A stretch of DNA of 64,000 nucleotides from an uncultured Nitrososphaeraceae archaeon. GTDB lineage: Archaea; Thermoproteota; Nitrososphaeria; Nitrososphaerales; Nitrososphaeraceae. The notes below the pieces were generated by a model. It did not search any database and was not told where the DNA came from. It saw nothing but the letters and a program-made list of their open reading frames with translations. Of the stretch, positions 12,054 to 23,741 are shown piece by piece (the first letter of the stretch is position 1; every line of letters begins with the position of its first letter). Location of the stretch: NCBI GenBank assembly GCA_963825865.1, contig CAWGVG010000007.1:1-64000 (forward strand), written 5' to 3'. A program made the translations under genes and the position numbers.

Positions 12054-12671
12054 TTAATCTGATGCAATATCACTATTGCTATACTTCTGCACTCGCGTTA
12101 TACGAAAGCTATTATCATCCTGAATTTTTATATCAATTATCGCATTATACTTTTCAAAGAATTCAACCGTTTTCTTGTGTTCTGCTACAAGTTCCTCATC
12201 CTCAAATCTTCCGGTCTCACCATGATATCTGCACTCAGGTACGCATATTTCCTTTCTCATAGTGGGGTTACAACCATACTCTCCATTCTCTCTGTACAGG
12301 TCATGAAAGTAATAAGTTTCCTTTCTGTCTTGATATCTCTGTTCTGGTGTAGTATGCTTTAGTTCCTTTTTCAGCTTATAATCGAATTCGTCATAGGTCA
12401 TAGGATCATAGACTGGCAGATAGTCGGCCATGTCCTCAGTTTTTAAAATGCCTGGAACACGTCTCTTAGATTTGTCGATGTTCTCTATTATCAAGCGTTT
12501 TGCAATCTTATATATTTCAAATCTTGGTGGGTCCAAATTTCTCTCAAGATAATAGTTATCGTCTCTAGCATTTTCCTTCAACCACTTATTATAATTAATA
12601 TTTTTGGTAGATGCTAATGTTGGAGGACTATTATTATTAGTTGGAGCAGTATCAGCAAAGTCAGGAAACAT
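12054..12671 (-). CDS. Hypothetical protein downstream of TerS-like HTH gene
   Basis: Intact 205-aa ORF with a C..CVPECRY Cys cluster. Confidence 0.65.
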   Translation of the reverse strand: MFPDFADTAPTNNNSPPTLASTKNINYNKWLKENARDDNYYLERNLDPPRFEIYKIAKRLIIENIDKSKRRVPGILKTEDMADYLPVYDPMTYDEFDYKLKKELKHTTPEQRYQDRKETYYFHDLYRENGEYGCNPTMRKEICVPECRYHGETGRFEDEELVAEHKKTVEFFEKYNAIIDIKIQDDNSFRITRVQKYSNSDIASD

Positions 12672-12718
12672 ATTATCTAGCTTTCCAAAGATATCTTTAA
12701 CCGATCTATCAATTATTT

Positions 12719-13166
12719 TTATTTTGACACACCTTGCATAGATTCAACCTGAGCTAACTTTTCTTGCAGTTGTTTTAAATACATCACTGATGGACCTTCT
12801 TCGAGCAGTTTGAATATAGCTTCATTGCATTCTTTTGCCAATTTCAAGGCTGTCAATCTTTGGTACATATTTATAGTTTCATCATTTTCATCACGCTGAT
12901 ATATAGCCCAGCATTCTCTAATAATATCTCGAATCCCTTCTATTGATAGTTGATACATAAAGGGCATAGTTTCTCTAGCTAAATCATTAAGGTAGTTTTG
13001 AGAGTCTGCCATAAGAAACTTGATATCTCTCGCGATAGTTGGAGCCGATACATTGAGGCTGCTTTGCTATTTCATAGTTCTTTATATTTCCGCGTGTCAA
13101 GAGAGCCCAGATTTTCTCTCTTCTTTCTCTTACGACCGCTTGGTTATTTGGAATGTATTTGGCCAT
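12719..13166 (-). CDS. HTH protein, terminase small subunit-like (frameshifted)
   Basis: RERREKIWALLTRGNIKNYEIAK..NVSAPTIARDIKFL then ..LTALKLAKEC; homologous to 36190-36766, which precedes a TerL fragment. Confidence 0.65.
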
Positions 13167-13382
13167 ATTATACTTGCAGTTATTCTATATAATTATGCAG
13201 AGATTGATAAATTTATTTCACTTCTTCTTCTTTCTTTTTGTTTATAATTCCAATACGACGATTTGACTTGGAAAGATCCTTCACGGCCTGTTCTATACGC
13301 ATTTGTTTTAATACAGCATCAGCTTTTTCACCGGCAGACTTGCTACTAGAAGAAGGCGTGTAAGTTTCTTTCTTCATTTGTC

Positions 13383-13709
13383 TTAGACTCTCCTTTTTTG
13401 CTGCTGTCTGTCGACAAAAATAACGCCGCCTTTATCCTCAACTAAAACACCTTTTTTCTTGGGATTATCCAACTCAAATTCTTGTATGAAATAGTTTTCC
13501 TCTTGTTGGCTCTTTGCATAATCTACATCAGTATTTTCAGCAAGATCCATAATCTCTTTTTGAAAACATCGTCTTGCTTTCTGCAATGTGCTAAAGATCC
13601 CTATAGTCTCAGGATTGTCACGTGTAGTCAAATCCTTAAAGTCTGCTTCTGCTGCAGTATCTTGACCGTATACAAAAGGATAATGAAGGACGGTATAGAC
13701 TTTCACCAT
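13383..13709 (-). CDS. Hypothetical protein (virus-like small acidic protein)
   Basis: Intact 108-aa ORF; IGIFSTLQKA...YFIQEFELD pattern resembles small phage proteins. Confidence 0.6.
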   Translation of the reverse strand: MVKVYTVLHYPFVYGQDTAAEADFKDLTTRDNPETIGIFSTLQKARRCFQKEIMDLAENTDVDYAKSQQEENYFIQEFELDNPKKKGVLVEDKGGVIFVDRQQQKRRV

Positions 13710-13753
13710 AACAATAATATCACTACTACTTACTTTTATTTACTTAATTACTA

Positions 13754-13936
13754 CTATTTGCTTTTTCCGCCTCGTCTTTTAGTTGGCACAGTATTGATGT
13801 GCGATTTTCTGTTGGATTGTACATTCGTATTGTTGTCGCCACCTGAGCCTGTCGCGCCGCTAGGTGGCGATTTGTACATCGACTTACGCATTCCTTTACC
13901 TGAGCCTGACATCTTAATCGATATCAACTCCTCCAA
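13754..13936 (-). CDS. Small basic G/S/K/R-rich protein
   Basis: Low-complexity basic sequence within a tightly packed minus-strand run; likely start MSGSGK after a GGAGG motif. Confidence 0.5.
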   Translation of the reverse strand: MEELISIKMSGSGKGMRKSMYKSPPSGATGSGGDNNTNVQSNRKSHINTVPTKRRGGKSK

Positions 13937-14270
13937 TTTTCTTTACGAGTTTGTAATGCTTCATAAAATCAGATTTATTATCTCCTCGTCGTTCTGCCGG
14001 ATTTCGAGCTTGGACCGCGCGTATTATCGAAGCGCTGTGAGCCTCAACAAATCTTTGGTAGTCCTGACCTTTGCAATTTTTCACGCTTTCTAACATTTTT
14101 TCTAAAGCATCATCAGTTTGGCCAAATTGTCTCTTTACGACGGCAAAATTCCTCATAGTGTTAGATAGTCGTTGATCCTCTGCTTCATTAGCATCTCGCG
14201 TTCTTCTAATATAGTTCAATTCAGCTAGCCTAAATGCATCTTCATTTTGATTATATGTAGTTCTGATCAT
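13914..14270 (-). CDS. Hypothetical protein
   Basis: Intact 118-aa ORF, first of a minus-strand run. Confidence 0.6.
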   Translation of the reverse strand: MIRTTYNQNEDAFRLAELNYIRRTRDANEAEDQRLSNTMRNFAVVKRQFGQTDDALEKMLESVKNCKGQDYQRFVEAHSASIIRAVQARNPAERRGDNKSDFMKHYKLVKKIGGVDID

Positions 14271-14315
14271 TTGCTATTACTTCTGATGTAATATAGAGAA
14301 CTACATGCGTATATC

Positions 14316-14345
14316 TTTTCTTTTCTTTTCTTTTCTTTTCTTTTC
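14316..14345. repeat. (TTTTC)6 microsatellite upstream of ORF 13914-14270
   Basis: Six perfect pentamers. Confidence 0.9.
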
Positions 14346-14584
14346 TTACGGCTTGATGTTTTCGCGTATTAAGCATGTTTTGCCAATTATATAATTAGAA
14401 ATAAAATATAGCCACCTATAATACATATCCTATGGGAATAAATAAACAAATGATATAAAAGCGTCAGTTACGAAGATCACAATTGAAGAGAAGATAATAT
14501 AAATTGGAATTTTACTATTCAGAAAAAGGCGCAGCCGCATACAAGTTAATAGATAAAGAATATCCTAAACATCCTTTTGATTTA

Positions 14585-14718
14585 GGAGGAGAAACGTTTA
14601 GCTCTCTTGCTATCTCATAGCCTTTCATGGTACCTCTCGTCAGAAGTGTCCAAACCCGTTCTCTTCTTTCCTTTATAATAGCTTGGCTATTTGCAGTGCT
14701 TTTATTATTAGTAGTCAT
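14585..14718 (-). pseudogene. Truncated paralog of the TerS-like HTH gene
   Basis: KERRERVWTLLTRGTMKGYEIARELNVSP matches the N-terminus of 12719-13166, then similarity stops. Confidence 0.65.
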
Positions 14719-14844
14719 TTATTATAATTGCGACTATTTCATATATTTGCACACAGATTGATAAATTTATTTCAAAAAAGATAATAGCTGTTGTAGTTGT
14801 AGGCATGCGCTATCATGCCTTTTCCATCTAAGGTTTTTTAGGTT

Positions 14845-15861
14845 TTGTCCTATTTATTTTTTATTAATCCAATGATAAAATTCAATTCAGATTTAATAGT
14901 AGTATTTGCAATTTTAACAACTTCTTTTTTCTTTCTATATATGACAGTAGTGTTTATTCCAAATGCCTACGCTACTGCTGCTGATGCTGATAATTACTCC
15001 CTTATTAGGATGACAGAACAAAGAACTTTCAGAGATTCTAATGGCAATCTAAACGTTATAGGTGTAGTAGACAACAATGGCCAGATACCAGTTGGGATCA
15101 CAGTTGGATTGAATACCACAAGCAGATATGGTTCTACAGCAGGCAGCAACAACCATCCAACAACCAATTTATGGTAGAATTATTTACCCATTTGCAGGTG
15201 CCCCATTTAAATTTGTAATTGGACCTGAGCGATCAGTTAGTAGCAAAGCGTTTATCACAAATATAAAGCAAATTCCAGTTCCATATTATAACGTTTTAAG
15301 ATTAAATTACTCAAGCATGCCAATTGGAGACGGTAAGGCCCTTGTTGGAACCGCAAAGAATGTAGGCCCATTTGATGTTCATAATATAACTATATATGCA
15401 TCAGCTCACAATAGAAATGGAACACAGCTTGATTCTGTTAGAAGCAATGTAATTCCAGTCATAAAGCCTGGTAAGGAAGTAGCATTTACTGCAAAACCTT
15501 ATCCTGGTATAAAGTCAGGTATATTATATTACAGCTGTGCTGGTGTTGATTTGAATGCTCCAATAACTACATTGGACAATTTATTGCATATGACTTACGC
15601 GGTTTAGCAAGGATTAGTGATTTTAAGTATGACAATACAACAGATAGTATCGTCTTTGGAGTAAATTATTATAGTCCAACTGGTGGACCTCTAAGTCTAA
15701 AAATTGCTCAACTTTCAGAAAAACAATTTGTATCTGTTATAATAGATGGAAAATTGTATAAGCAAGCATCAGTGAGAATGGATGGAAAAACAGTATCTAT
15801 AGACTTTATTGTTCCACCAGAGGACCACCAAGTTCAGATTAAAGGAATTAGAAGTAGTTAG
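14845..15861 (+). CDS. Secreted FxLYD-like Ig-fold protein (frameshifted)
   Basis: Signal peptide; FRDSNGNLNVIGVVDNNG and LVGTAKNVG..IYASAHNRNG repeat domains. Confidence 0.65.
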
Positions 15862-16089
15862 CAATAGTAGTAATTATCTTAACAGCCTCCCTCTCTCTAT
15901 CTCTCTCTTTTTAATTAATTTTTTCTCTATCACTGTATTATTAACAAAATCTGAAGTAAGTTATGACAGATATGATCTAACTCAGGATAACATTATTAGC
16001 TCAAAACTGAACTCACTCAAACAAAAAAGAAGTAACTGTGTTGGGACGCCTACTTTAGCAGCAGGCCCGCTATTTATGTTATTGATTTC

Positions 16090-16460
16090 CTATAGGTGAA
16101 ACCCTCTCATCGTAGGTACAATCATTCCCATTCCACTTTGAGGACCCATCATCATACCATGTTGCATCATCATATGCATCATCATCGCTTCTTTCATTGA
16201 GATTTGTTGATTTGATAGAACTTTTCCATTTCCAGCATCTACTATGACTCTATGCATGTTATTGTTGGAATCTATAGTACATATTGTGTATACTAAAAAT
16301 CCATTTTCTACTCCAAGATGAGACATTACTGCATGGGCATTGCTACCCACTGTTTTCTCTGCAATCATAGTAGCATTAACTAGACTAGTATGTACTTGTG
16401 ATGCTATGGCTTTAGATATTGTAGGAAATATTGGAACAGAGCCCGTAATATTTGGAGCAG
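16090..16460 (-). CDS. PepSY-like domain protein with Met-rich tail (5'-truncated)
   Basis: LGVENGFLVY...VIVDAGNGKVL; MMMHMMMQHGMMMG tail. Confidence 0.7.
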
Positions 16461-17077
16461 CTCATCATCATCAGAGGCTCCTTGCCTTCAAACAAAGAGC
16501 AAGACGGCTAATCTCTTGAACAGTTTTTAGTAGTTCAAAATACTTAAAAATAAACATTGGATTGATTTAGCTATCGGTTAGAGACATCGAGCACACCAAT
16601 TGGAATGATATAGAATTTTAAAACCAAAGCAGTTGAATTCTTGTCTAAATTACAAATATAGAAGCAGAAGAATATGCCATAGGGACTAACAAAATTCTAA
16701 TGATAAAGAGCATGAGACAATCACAGAGATTAGAACCCCAGAGAAAAAAGACTTTGACATTATCATGCCATCGTTATTTAACGATATATATTATTCTAAT
16801 ACATCATGCAATGTCCTAACATTGCTTGTGCACTTTTGAAGTTAACTGGAACAATTCTCGTATCTGCAGTAGCATCTCCTAATCCTTCTGATTTGTATCT
16901 AGATACAATGAATGATGAGATCCAGAAACAAACCAACTATTGCAGTTGGTTGAATATAATACCATTCATTGAACATTTTTAATAATCAAACCATTAAAGT
17001 AACTGCGATATGAAGATATTTTAACAGAAATCGGTAAATGTAAAAAGAAAATTATGCCAGCTCAAATAAATTATATG

Positions 17078-18205
17078 GGCATGCGTGCGGTGGTAGTAGG
17101 CGGTTCATTAGGTGGTCTGAGTAGCGCTTTAGCCTTGCAATGCGTAAATTGCGATGTAGATGTTTTTGAAAGGTCCCGAGGTGCAATGAAAAGTCGCGGT
17201 GCTGGCCTCGTAGTAACAAATGGAACTAATAGATTTTCTAAAAGAACATGGCATAGTTGCAGAAGAAGCAATAAGTATTCCAGCATATAAAAGACAGGTA
17301 CTTATCGCAAGATGGTACCGTACAATGGGAAGAACAGACTCTGCAACGGATGACGTCATGGGACACCCTATACAGACAGCTAAGAAATGCTTTGCCAGAT
17401 AACTTATATCATCAGGGAAAAAGGCTGACAAGCTTTGAACAAAATAAAGATTACGTAGTTGGAGAGTTCGAAGATGGGCATAGTGAGAGATGTGATCTGT
17501 TAGTTGGTGCTGACGGTCCGAGTTCGACTGTACGTCAGGAACTGCTTCCTGACGTTTATCCAAAATATGCTGGATATGTTGCCTGGCGTGGAGTGGTAGA
17601 TTAAAATAAAGTGCCAATATATATCGCACAATTCTTTGCCAACAAATTCGCATTCTTTCATGGAAGAAATACTCAAATTCTCTGTTATCTAATTCCAGGG
17701 TCTGCAGGTGAATTATCAGAAGGTAAGCATCGGCTCAACTGGGTTTGGTACGTCAATGTATCTGCAGGCAATAAACTGCAGTCATTGTTAACAGACAGAT
17801 ACGGAAAACAAAGAGAGTTTTCCGTACCACAAGGAATGGTCAGAGATGAATTTGTACAACAGCAAAAAGGATCGCAGAAAGGACTCTTCCTACGGTCTTT
17901 GGGCAGCTCGTTGCACAAACCAATGAGCCTTTCATACAAACAATATACGATTTATATCTACTAGAATGGCATTTGGGAGAGTTTGTATATTAGGAGATGG
18001 CCGCATTTGCTTCCTCGCCCACATACAGACTGCGGGGCTTTCCAAGGCGGCTACAAATGCTGTAGCACTTGCAAATTTTATTGCTAATTCATCCAACGTA
18101 GATGTTGTTAAAGCTTTAAAGAGGTGGGAACCACATCAGATAGAACTTGGAAATAATCTCAAGTATCTGGGAATCTCTCTTGGAAATAAGTCGCAGTTTA
18201 ACTAA
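17078..18205 (+). CDS. FAD-dependent monooxygenase, 2,6-dihydroxypyridine hydroxylase-like (several frameshifts and a stop)
   Basis: VVGGSLGGL, DLLVGADGPSSTVR, YAGYVAWRG, RLNWVWY, GRVCILGD. Confidence 0.85.
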
Positions 18206-18427
18206 ATCTAATACTCTGAAACTCCAAGTTTAGGCAACTAACCCTGGCTAATTGATTTTGATTCTAGGACAATATGCCCATATCGCTAGAATCGCACACG
18301 TCAAAACCTCTGAGAAACTCTGAAATAGTGTCAATGATCCGATTATAGTGATAAGAGCAAGGCATTACGGAGAACCCGATAGTGATTGTTCTTGGAGCCG
18401 GCACGCTAACGGTTGTTGCCTGCTTAG

Positions 18428-18664
18428 TTATCGATATTTATTTCTGAGAAGGAATTCATAGGTTGTACACTTTTGGGTATAACCACCTCTGAGCAATCGA
18501 CTCAAAACAGGCATTGTGAAATAGGTAAGTGAAGCAACTAGTATCGCAATATAAATTACAGTATTGCCAAGTAATGGCCACTGTTCTAAGAGAGGATCAA
18601 GAATAGATCGAGATAACGAACTAATGGCATATGCAGCAATAAATACTAAAACCCAAAGTTCCAA
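18428..18664 (-). pseudogene. Membrane C-terminal fragment of an ABM-domain-associated protein
   Basis: Two TM helices ending LTYFTMPVLSRLLR. Confidence 0.45.
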
Positions 18665-18793
18665 TAAAATTGATTAATAGTATGGGAAAAAGTTGAATTT
18701 TGTTTTGTGCGTCATGCTGCTCAGATGCATGATTATTTGTTTGAACATCAGAAAGCAGAATGGTGGTATAGTTAAGAGAAATAGTAATGTCTA

Positions 18794-19204
18794 CTACTGT
18801 AAATGTACATGTCCAGTTACATAAGATCTGGTGCCATTTTTACAAAATCTTATGTAACTATGATATATTGTCTGCAACTTCTTAAGCAAATCTAGGTCAC
18901 TGTTCATCAGGTCAGGAGCAGGAGAAGAAGGAGAATTATTCTTACCCTTATCATCGTTGTCTATCTTCTCTAGTAGAGTATCGCAAAAGTTACCTTCTTC
19001 TATATCAAATTTCATTGCTTCAACTAGTGCTTCTTGCATGTATTCTGAGATAGATATTTGATATGTGTTACAAATAATATTCAAAACTTCGTGTTGATCC
19101 TTTGTTAGGTTTACTTTTTCATTAATTGTAACAAGATTAGCAGGATCCTTACTGTAGGTTTTGTTGACTTTTGATGAGGGGGATGATGATGATGAGCTAT
19201 TCAT
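18794..19204 (-). CDS. Ribbon-helix-helix-like hypothetical protein
   Basis: VNLTKDQHEVLNIICNTYQISISEYMQEAL fits an RHH pattern. Confidence 0.5.
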   Translation of the reverse strand: MNSSSSSSPSSKVNKTYSKDPANLVTINEKVNLTKDQHEVLNIICNTYQISISEYMQEALVEAMKFDIEEGNFCDTLLEKIDNDDKGKNNSPSSPAPDLMNSDLDLLKKLQTIYHSYIRFCKNGTRSYVTGHVHLQ

Positions 19205-19442
19205 TTTTCTTCTTGTTGTTTATATTATACTAACATGAGCTATATCTTTTTTGTTTGAAACTGCTGGATTGTTTTTTCGCTTACTAATGAGGGAGTCTAG
19301 TGAATAGCTGTAATGAGACTTCGGTTTGCTTGATATTATTTTTCTTTTTTATACAATGTAGCATTAATAACATTATCAATAGTCACAAGAACTTAATTAC
19401 ATATCTAGTTATATATTTCATATACATTATATTTTTTAATAG

Positions 19443-20319
19443 CATGAATAATGATATTAAAGGAGAAAGAAAAAGAGAAGAAGAAATATCATCTACCTCT
19501 CCTATTTTGAGTACGAGATATGCTCACAAAGCAGACAAAATGATACATTCTCTTGAAGGAAAGTTCATTATTGTCATAGGTGTGATTGTTGGCCTATTTA
19601 TTTTTTCATTAATAGATATCATTCAAATAAAAGGATATGTTTACATCTTGGCAGACTATGTCAATGATATCATAATAATAACACTTGAGCAATATTAATT
19701 GTTGCTTTAATATTTGTTCTGCGTTTCTGCCTGAAATCAAAAAACCTGCTTAATAATTGGGCTAATTTATTTGAGCGAAACTCCATAAGAGCAGGAATAA
19801 GTATTTCGATGGCCAATAAAACCAAAGAAGAGCTTATATTGGCAGTATCTGAAACTATTGAACGGGTTGGCGAACCTCTACAAAACTACATATCATCATC
19901 AAAGGATAATCTCAACCATTTTATTGATGTAACAATGAGGAATGAAAGAGAGCCTGATAACTTGCATTATGATGTGCTAGATACAGAATTATATCGTTCA
20001 AACAACAACATCATAATCAGTATAATCAACAATAAATGAAAGCAAAAATTCTGATAACCTTAAAAGCGTGTTAAAAGAATATGGTGCAATAATAATCAAA
20101 ATTGCTGATAACAAAATAGAACGAGAATCCCTTTATCCATTTTTTGATTCACTTTCTCATTATATGTCAATAACAAAAAATGATATAGGCCTGGCTTTAA
20201 TGATTGGGGAAGATGTTACACAAGATGCATATCATTTAGTAACTAATTACTCAAATAAAAACAAAAGAATTCAGAATATAATACTTGTTGAAAAACCAAT
20301 ATTGAACAACCTTGGATAG
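19443..20319 (+). CDS. Membrane-anchored protein with possible restriction-endonuclease-like C-terminal domain (fragmented)
   Basis: Two N-terminal TM segments; ORFs 19809-20039 and 20068-20319 continue the frame pattern. Confidence 0.45.
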
Positions 20320-20338
20320 ATCAATCATCAATGTTCAT

Positions 20339-20647
20339 TCATAGTCCATAAGATAACCTGGCAAAATCTAGAAAATCTTTGGCCCACTTAGTATATGACC
20401 TGACCCCTTTCTCTGTTGCCTGGTAACAAATTGACTTAGATGTTTTGGTTGATATTATAAAGCCATTTTTCTCTAGCAAATCCATGATAATGGATATTCT
20501 ATCTGGTCTTTGCTGCTTGATTTCCCGAACCTTTGTTATAATATGATATTTAGTTACAGGCCTGTTCAAAGCATCGGTACACAAATATTCAAGGATTGAA
20601 AGCATGGTATATTCAGAAGAAAATCGTTTCTTCTTCTCGTCAGCCAA
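20339..20647 (-). CDS. Winged helix-turn-helix regulator (ArnR1/HTH_45-like)
   Basis: ILEYL..TKYHI..MDLLEKNGFI..YQATEKG. Confidence 0.75.
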   Translation of the reverse strand: MADEKKKRFSSEYTMLSILEYLCTDALNRPVTKYHIITKVREIKQQRPDRISIIMDLLEKNGFIISTKTSKSICYQATEKGVRSYTKWAKDFLDFARLSYGL

Positions 20648-20793
20648 CTTTATTTAAACCTTGATTATAACCTTCAAAAAAGGAAATGTGGTCTAAAATT
20701 AGTTCAATATACAGATGAGAGGATCAACATATATGATCACGTACGTATTATATCATCTATCTCTCCTATTTTGAGTACCTAGAAGATAATCCT

Positions 20794-21246
20794 ATGCCTT
20801 TGAGTCCTCCTGTTATCAAATCAGGACCTGAAATCGCCCCTATAGATTGTCCGTTAAATCCATATCGTGATGATAATGGAACAGCACATCCACAGAATTA
20901 TCGTTTAACAGAACTTTCGTTTGAATATTCCTTGCCAAACCCCTATGACAGAAACAGTCCATTTAAACATAAAATCCATGGTTGGCTTGCTGTGCCTACT
21001 ACAACAACGTCGACTGGAAAATATCCTGCAGTGTTAGTGGTCAACGGTCATAGTGGAAGCGCATGGGTAATGATACAACCTGATGCCGGCGAAATTTATT
21101 GGTACGGAGATTCCTTTGCGCGTCGAGGATTCGTTGTATTAGCTGTAGACATATCACATCGCGGATTCATCGACGAGAGCCTAGAGGGTTCTAGGAGATG
21201 TCCACCAAGCATGCCCTATCCACCACCAGATATCATAGTTACATAA
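20794..21246 (+). pseudogene. Alpha/beta hydrolase (dienelactone hydrolase/acetylxylan esterase-like) N-terminal fragment
   Basis: GWLAVP..KYPAVLVVNGH..FARRGFVVLAVD; nucleophile motif missing. Confidence 0.65.
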
Positions 21247-21401
21247 GATTTCGTAAAAATGACACCATATCTTATGTAACTGGAAATAACACAACCTGCG
21301 GTAGTAGGCTTTTACTATTTCCTAACTATATTGACCATTCTGCATCATATACACATACCTACAATATCTGATTGTTATTATTGCAATCGTTCTTCAATTC
21401 C

Positions 21402-21835
21402 TTATTCTTTGGCATAATGGTTGCCAATGTATTTTTTCTTTAGTTTCTTGCTTTCAGGATCCTTCCAGTAAGCATAGTAGTATGGCCCATGTTTTTGTTC
21501 ACAAATCTGCTTTCCGCATTTAACATACTCTTTTCTTATTGTTGCGTTTTCAGGTATTTCTTTGGCTCTATTAGCACAAGCAAGCTGTCTTGATTTGATT
21601 TTATTTATGAACTTAGTTGATTTCTCAATTGCCTTGTTAGCTTTGCAAGTACTTTTTCTAATGAAGTGCGCTTGTGTCCAAAAAGAGGTTTATCCCAATC
21701 AACTAATGATTTTCGGCTGTTCTCTTTATAGAATGATGCTAGCTCATTGAAATATGATGGAGAACTAGAGTTATCATTATTATTGTTGTTAGTAGAGATA
21801 TGATGATACCTACCTAAGCGTTTTGTATTTCTCAA
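21402..21835 (-). CDS. DUF6788-like Cys/His protein typical of mobile elements (frameshifted)
   Basis: Second frame reads KEYVKCGKQICEQKHGPYYYAYWKD..KLKKKYIG. Confidence 0.7.
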
Positions 21836-22100
21836 ATATTCTCATTATCTAATAATTCCTATTAGGTTAGCTTTTTGTATTTCTTTCCATAATTCTTAAA
21901 TTCTTATCATGTTCAGCCCATTATATTACACGCTCATTTTATGCAATATATTCTTCGTAAAAGCCAGCTTTATGCATTTGTGCCTTCTGAAGAAAATACA
22001 TATGCTTACTACGAATTGTTTCCAAAGTATAACCTTCAAAACCCTCATAATTGAGAATGCAATTGCAAGTTTTAACGAATTGTTGTGTATCACATTTTAT

Positions 22101-23215
22101 CTATTTCTTTTTCTTGACTACTAATATGTACAGTTCTCTATTATCTGTTTTCAAAGTCCTAGGTTCTTTCAATGGATTATCAAAACTAATTGGCAAGTAA
22201 CCTTTATTGATAGCACCATTCAGACAGTCATTTATCCTTGTATCCGTGTCAAAGTCTAGTGCTTCTAACTCATTGCACTTGTCTAACCATTTGTCTATAA
22301 TATCAAATGATTCCTCAAAAGATAGGTGCTTTACATTGACAAGGTATGGTGCAAGAATTCTCCAGATGCAATATTTTCTAAATCTAGGTAATGGAGTTTG
22401 CAAGAGCCTTTCAATCCAGAGTATCGATGATGAATTGCCATTTTCTGACAAAAATGTTTTAATCATTTTTTTACCCAATTTCCGTTCTTTATTATGTTCT
22501 TGGTCTATGAGGTAAGATAGGAATTTGCTATAAAGTAAATCTATAGGTTACTTTGGTAGTACCGCTCCATTTCTGCACAATTTGAACTTGGTTATAGTTT
22601 TTAGAATTAAATGAACCAGGTATTCTTAACATGCAATTCCTAAATGACACAGTATGGTAATGTTCTGAATCTGCTTTTCCATTGGACAGATAGTATTCTG
22701 CAAACCTTAGAAATTGCTTTGAAGGTTCCGTGAAGTTTCTAAACTCTGGACATGTTTTCTAAAATAATATTTTCAGATTCTACAATAGTAGGTAAATAGA
22801 AATGGTATCCATTGCCTGTCCAGAGTATAGTTGGTTCAAAATCTATAGAAAATATAGTTTTTATATTTGTCAAAATCTTTGCCTTAGCCAAATCTAACAT
22901 TTTAATATTGAAATTAAATTTGCCCAAGTCCAAGTCAATCATGAGAAGGCTAATTGCAAGAATTGCATTTTGAGAATGTCTATAGGCGCTAATTCTGCAG
23001 TCCAAATAGTCTGAATCCTTGTAGTAAGACATTGCTTCAAGTTTACTGTATACTGTAATCTGCCTGCCTTCGGTTAATTTCGTTGAGATAGTTCTGGGCC
23101 AAATTGAATCTTTTTCAAAATGGCTTAAGATAAAGTCTAAACCGTCGGCAACCTGTTTTTCAGTTAAATTATGGTCAAAATTGGTGTTTTGGTGGTAGCT
23201 AATGTTAATATCCAA
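22101..23215 (-). CDS. Archaeo-eukaryotic primase fused to PriX-like domain (frameshifted)
   Basis: LMIDLD (motif I), WTGNGYHFY (motif II); C-terminal WIERLLQTPL..FRKYCIWRILAPYLVNVK..WLDKC is PriX-like. Confidence 0.8.
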
Positions 23216-23292
23216 TCACCTGTACAGTGCATTGCTCACGAACAGAAAAAAATAAGGGGTGAGAAAGGCATGTTTGGGTTCAGATGGGCCAA

Positions 23293-23672
23293 TTAACTTG
23301 CAGCTTCTGCAAAGTACTTCGTATCTGAACCTAAACCTGTCTTCCATATTCTCTGTACCTTTACTCCTTTTTTCAGCAAAGAATTCACGGCTAGTAGAGC
23401 GCCAGTGCTAGATGCATTCCAGATTCTCTCTATGGTACTGTTAGGTTCCTTGACAAGGAACTGTACCATGGGCCAAATTTTCCCTTAGCGCCTGGGTCTA
23501 CCTTCAAGATTTCGAACACTTTGCCCGCACCTTCGAATTCCTTAGCACTTACGAACTTTGAATTCTCTGCTATGAATTCGCTGATCTTCCTAGATGCTTC
23601 TTCGTCTTCTGGAGTTATGTTTCCATTTCCATTACTTCCTGTTGATGCTTCATTCGATTTCTTACTTGTCAT
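23293..23672 (-). CDS. Putative single-stranded DNA-binding protein (frameshifted)
   Basis: Lies between polymerase and primase; C-terminal KTGLGSDTKY resembles the motif of viral OB-fold SSBs. Confidence 0.55.
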
Positions 23673-23741
23673 TTCTTACTCATTTCACTTTTCCTATCTA
23701 TGCAGATTAGCATTAACCAGCCACACCTATGTGACAGTTAT

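Noticed and set aside
13482-14093. 203-aa plus-strand ORF
   Set aside because: Antisense shadow of three better-supported minus-strand genes.
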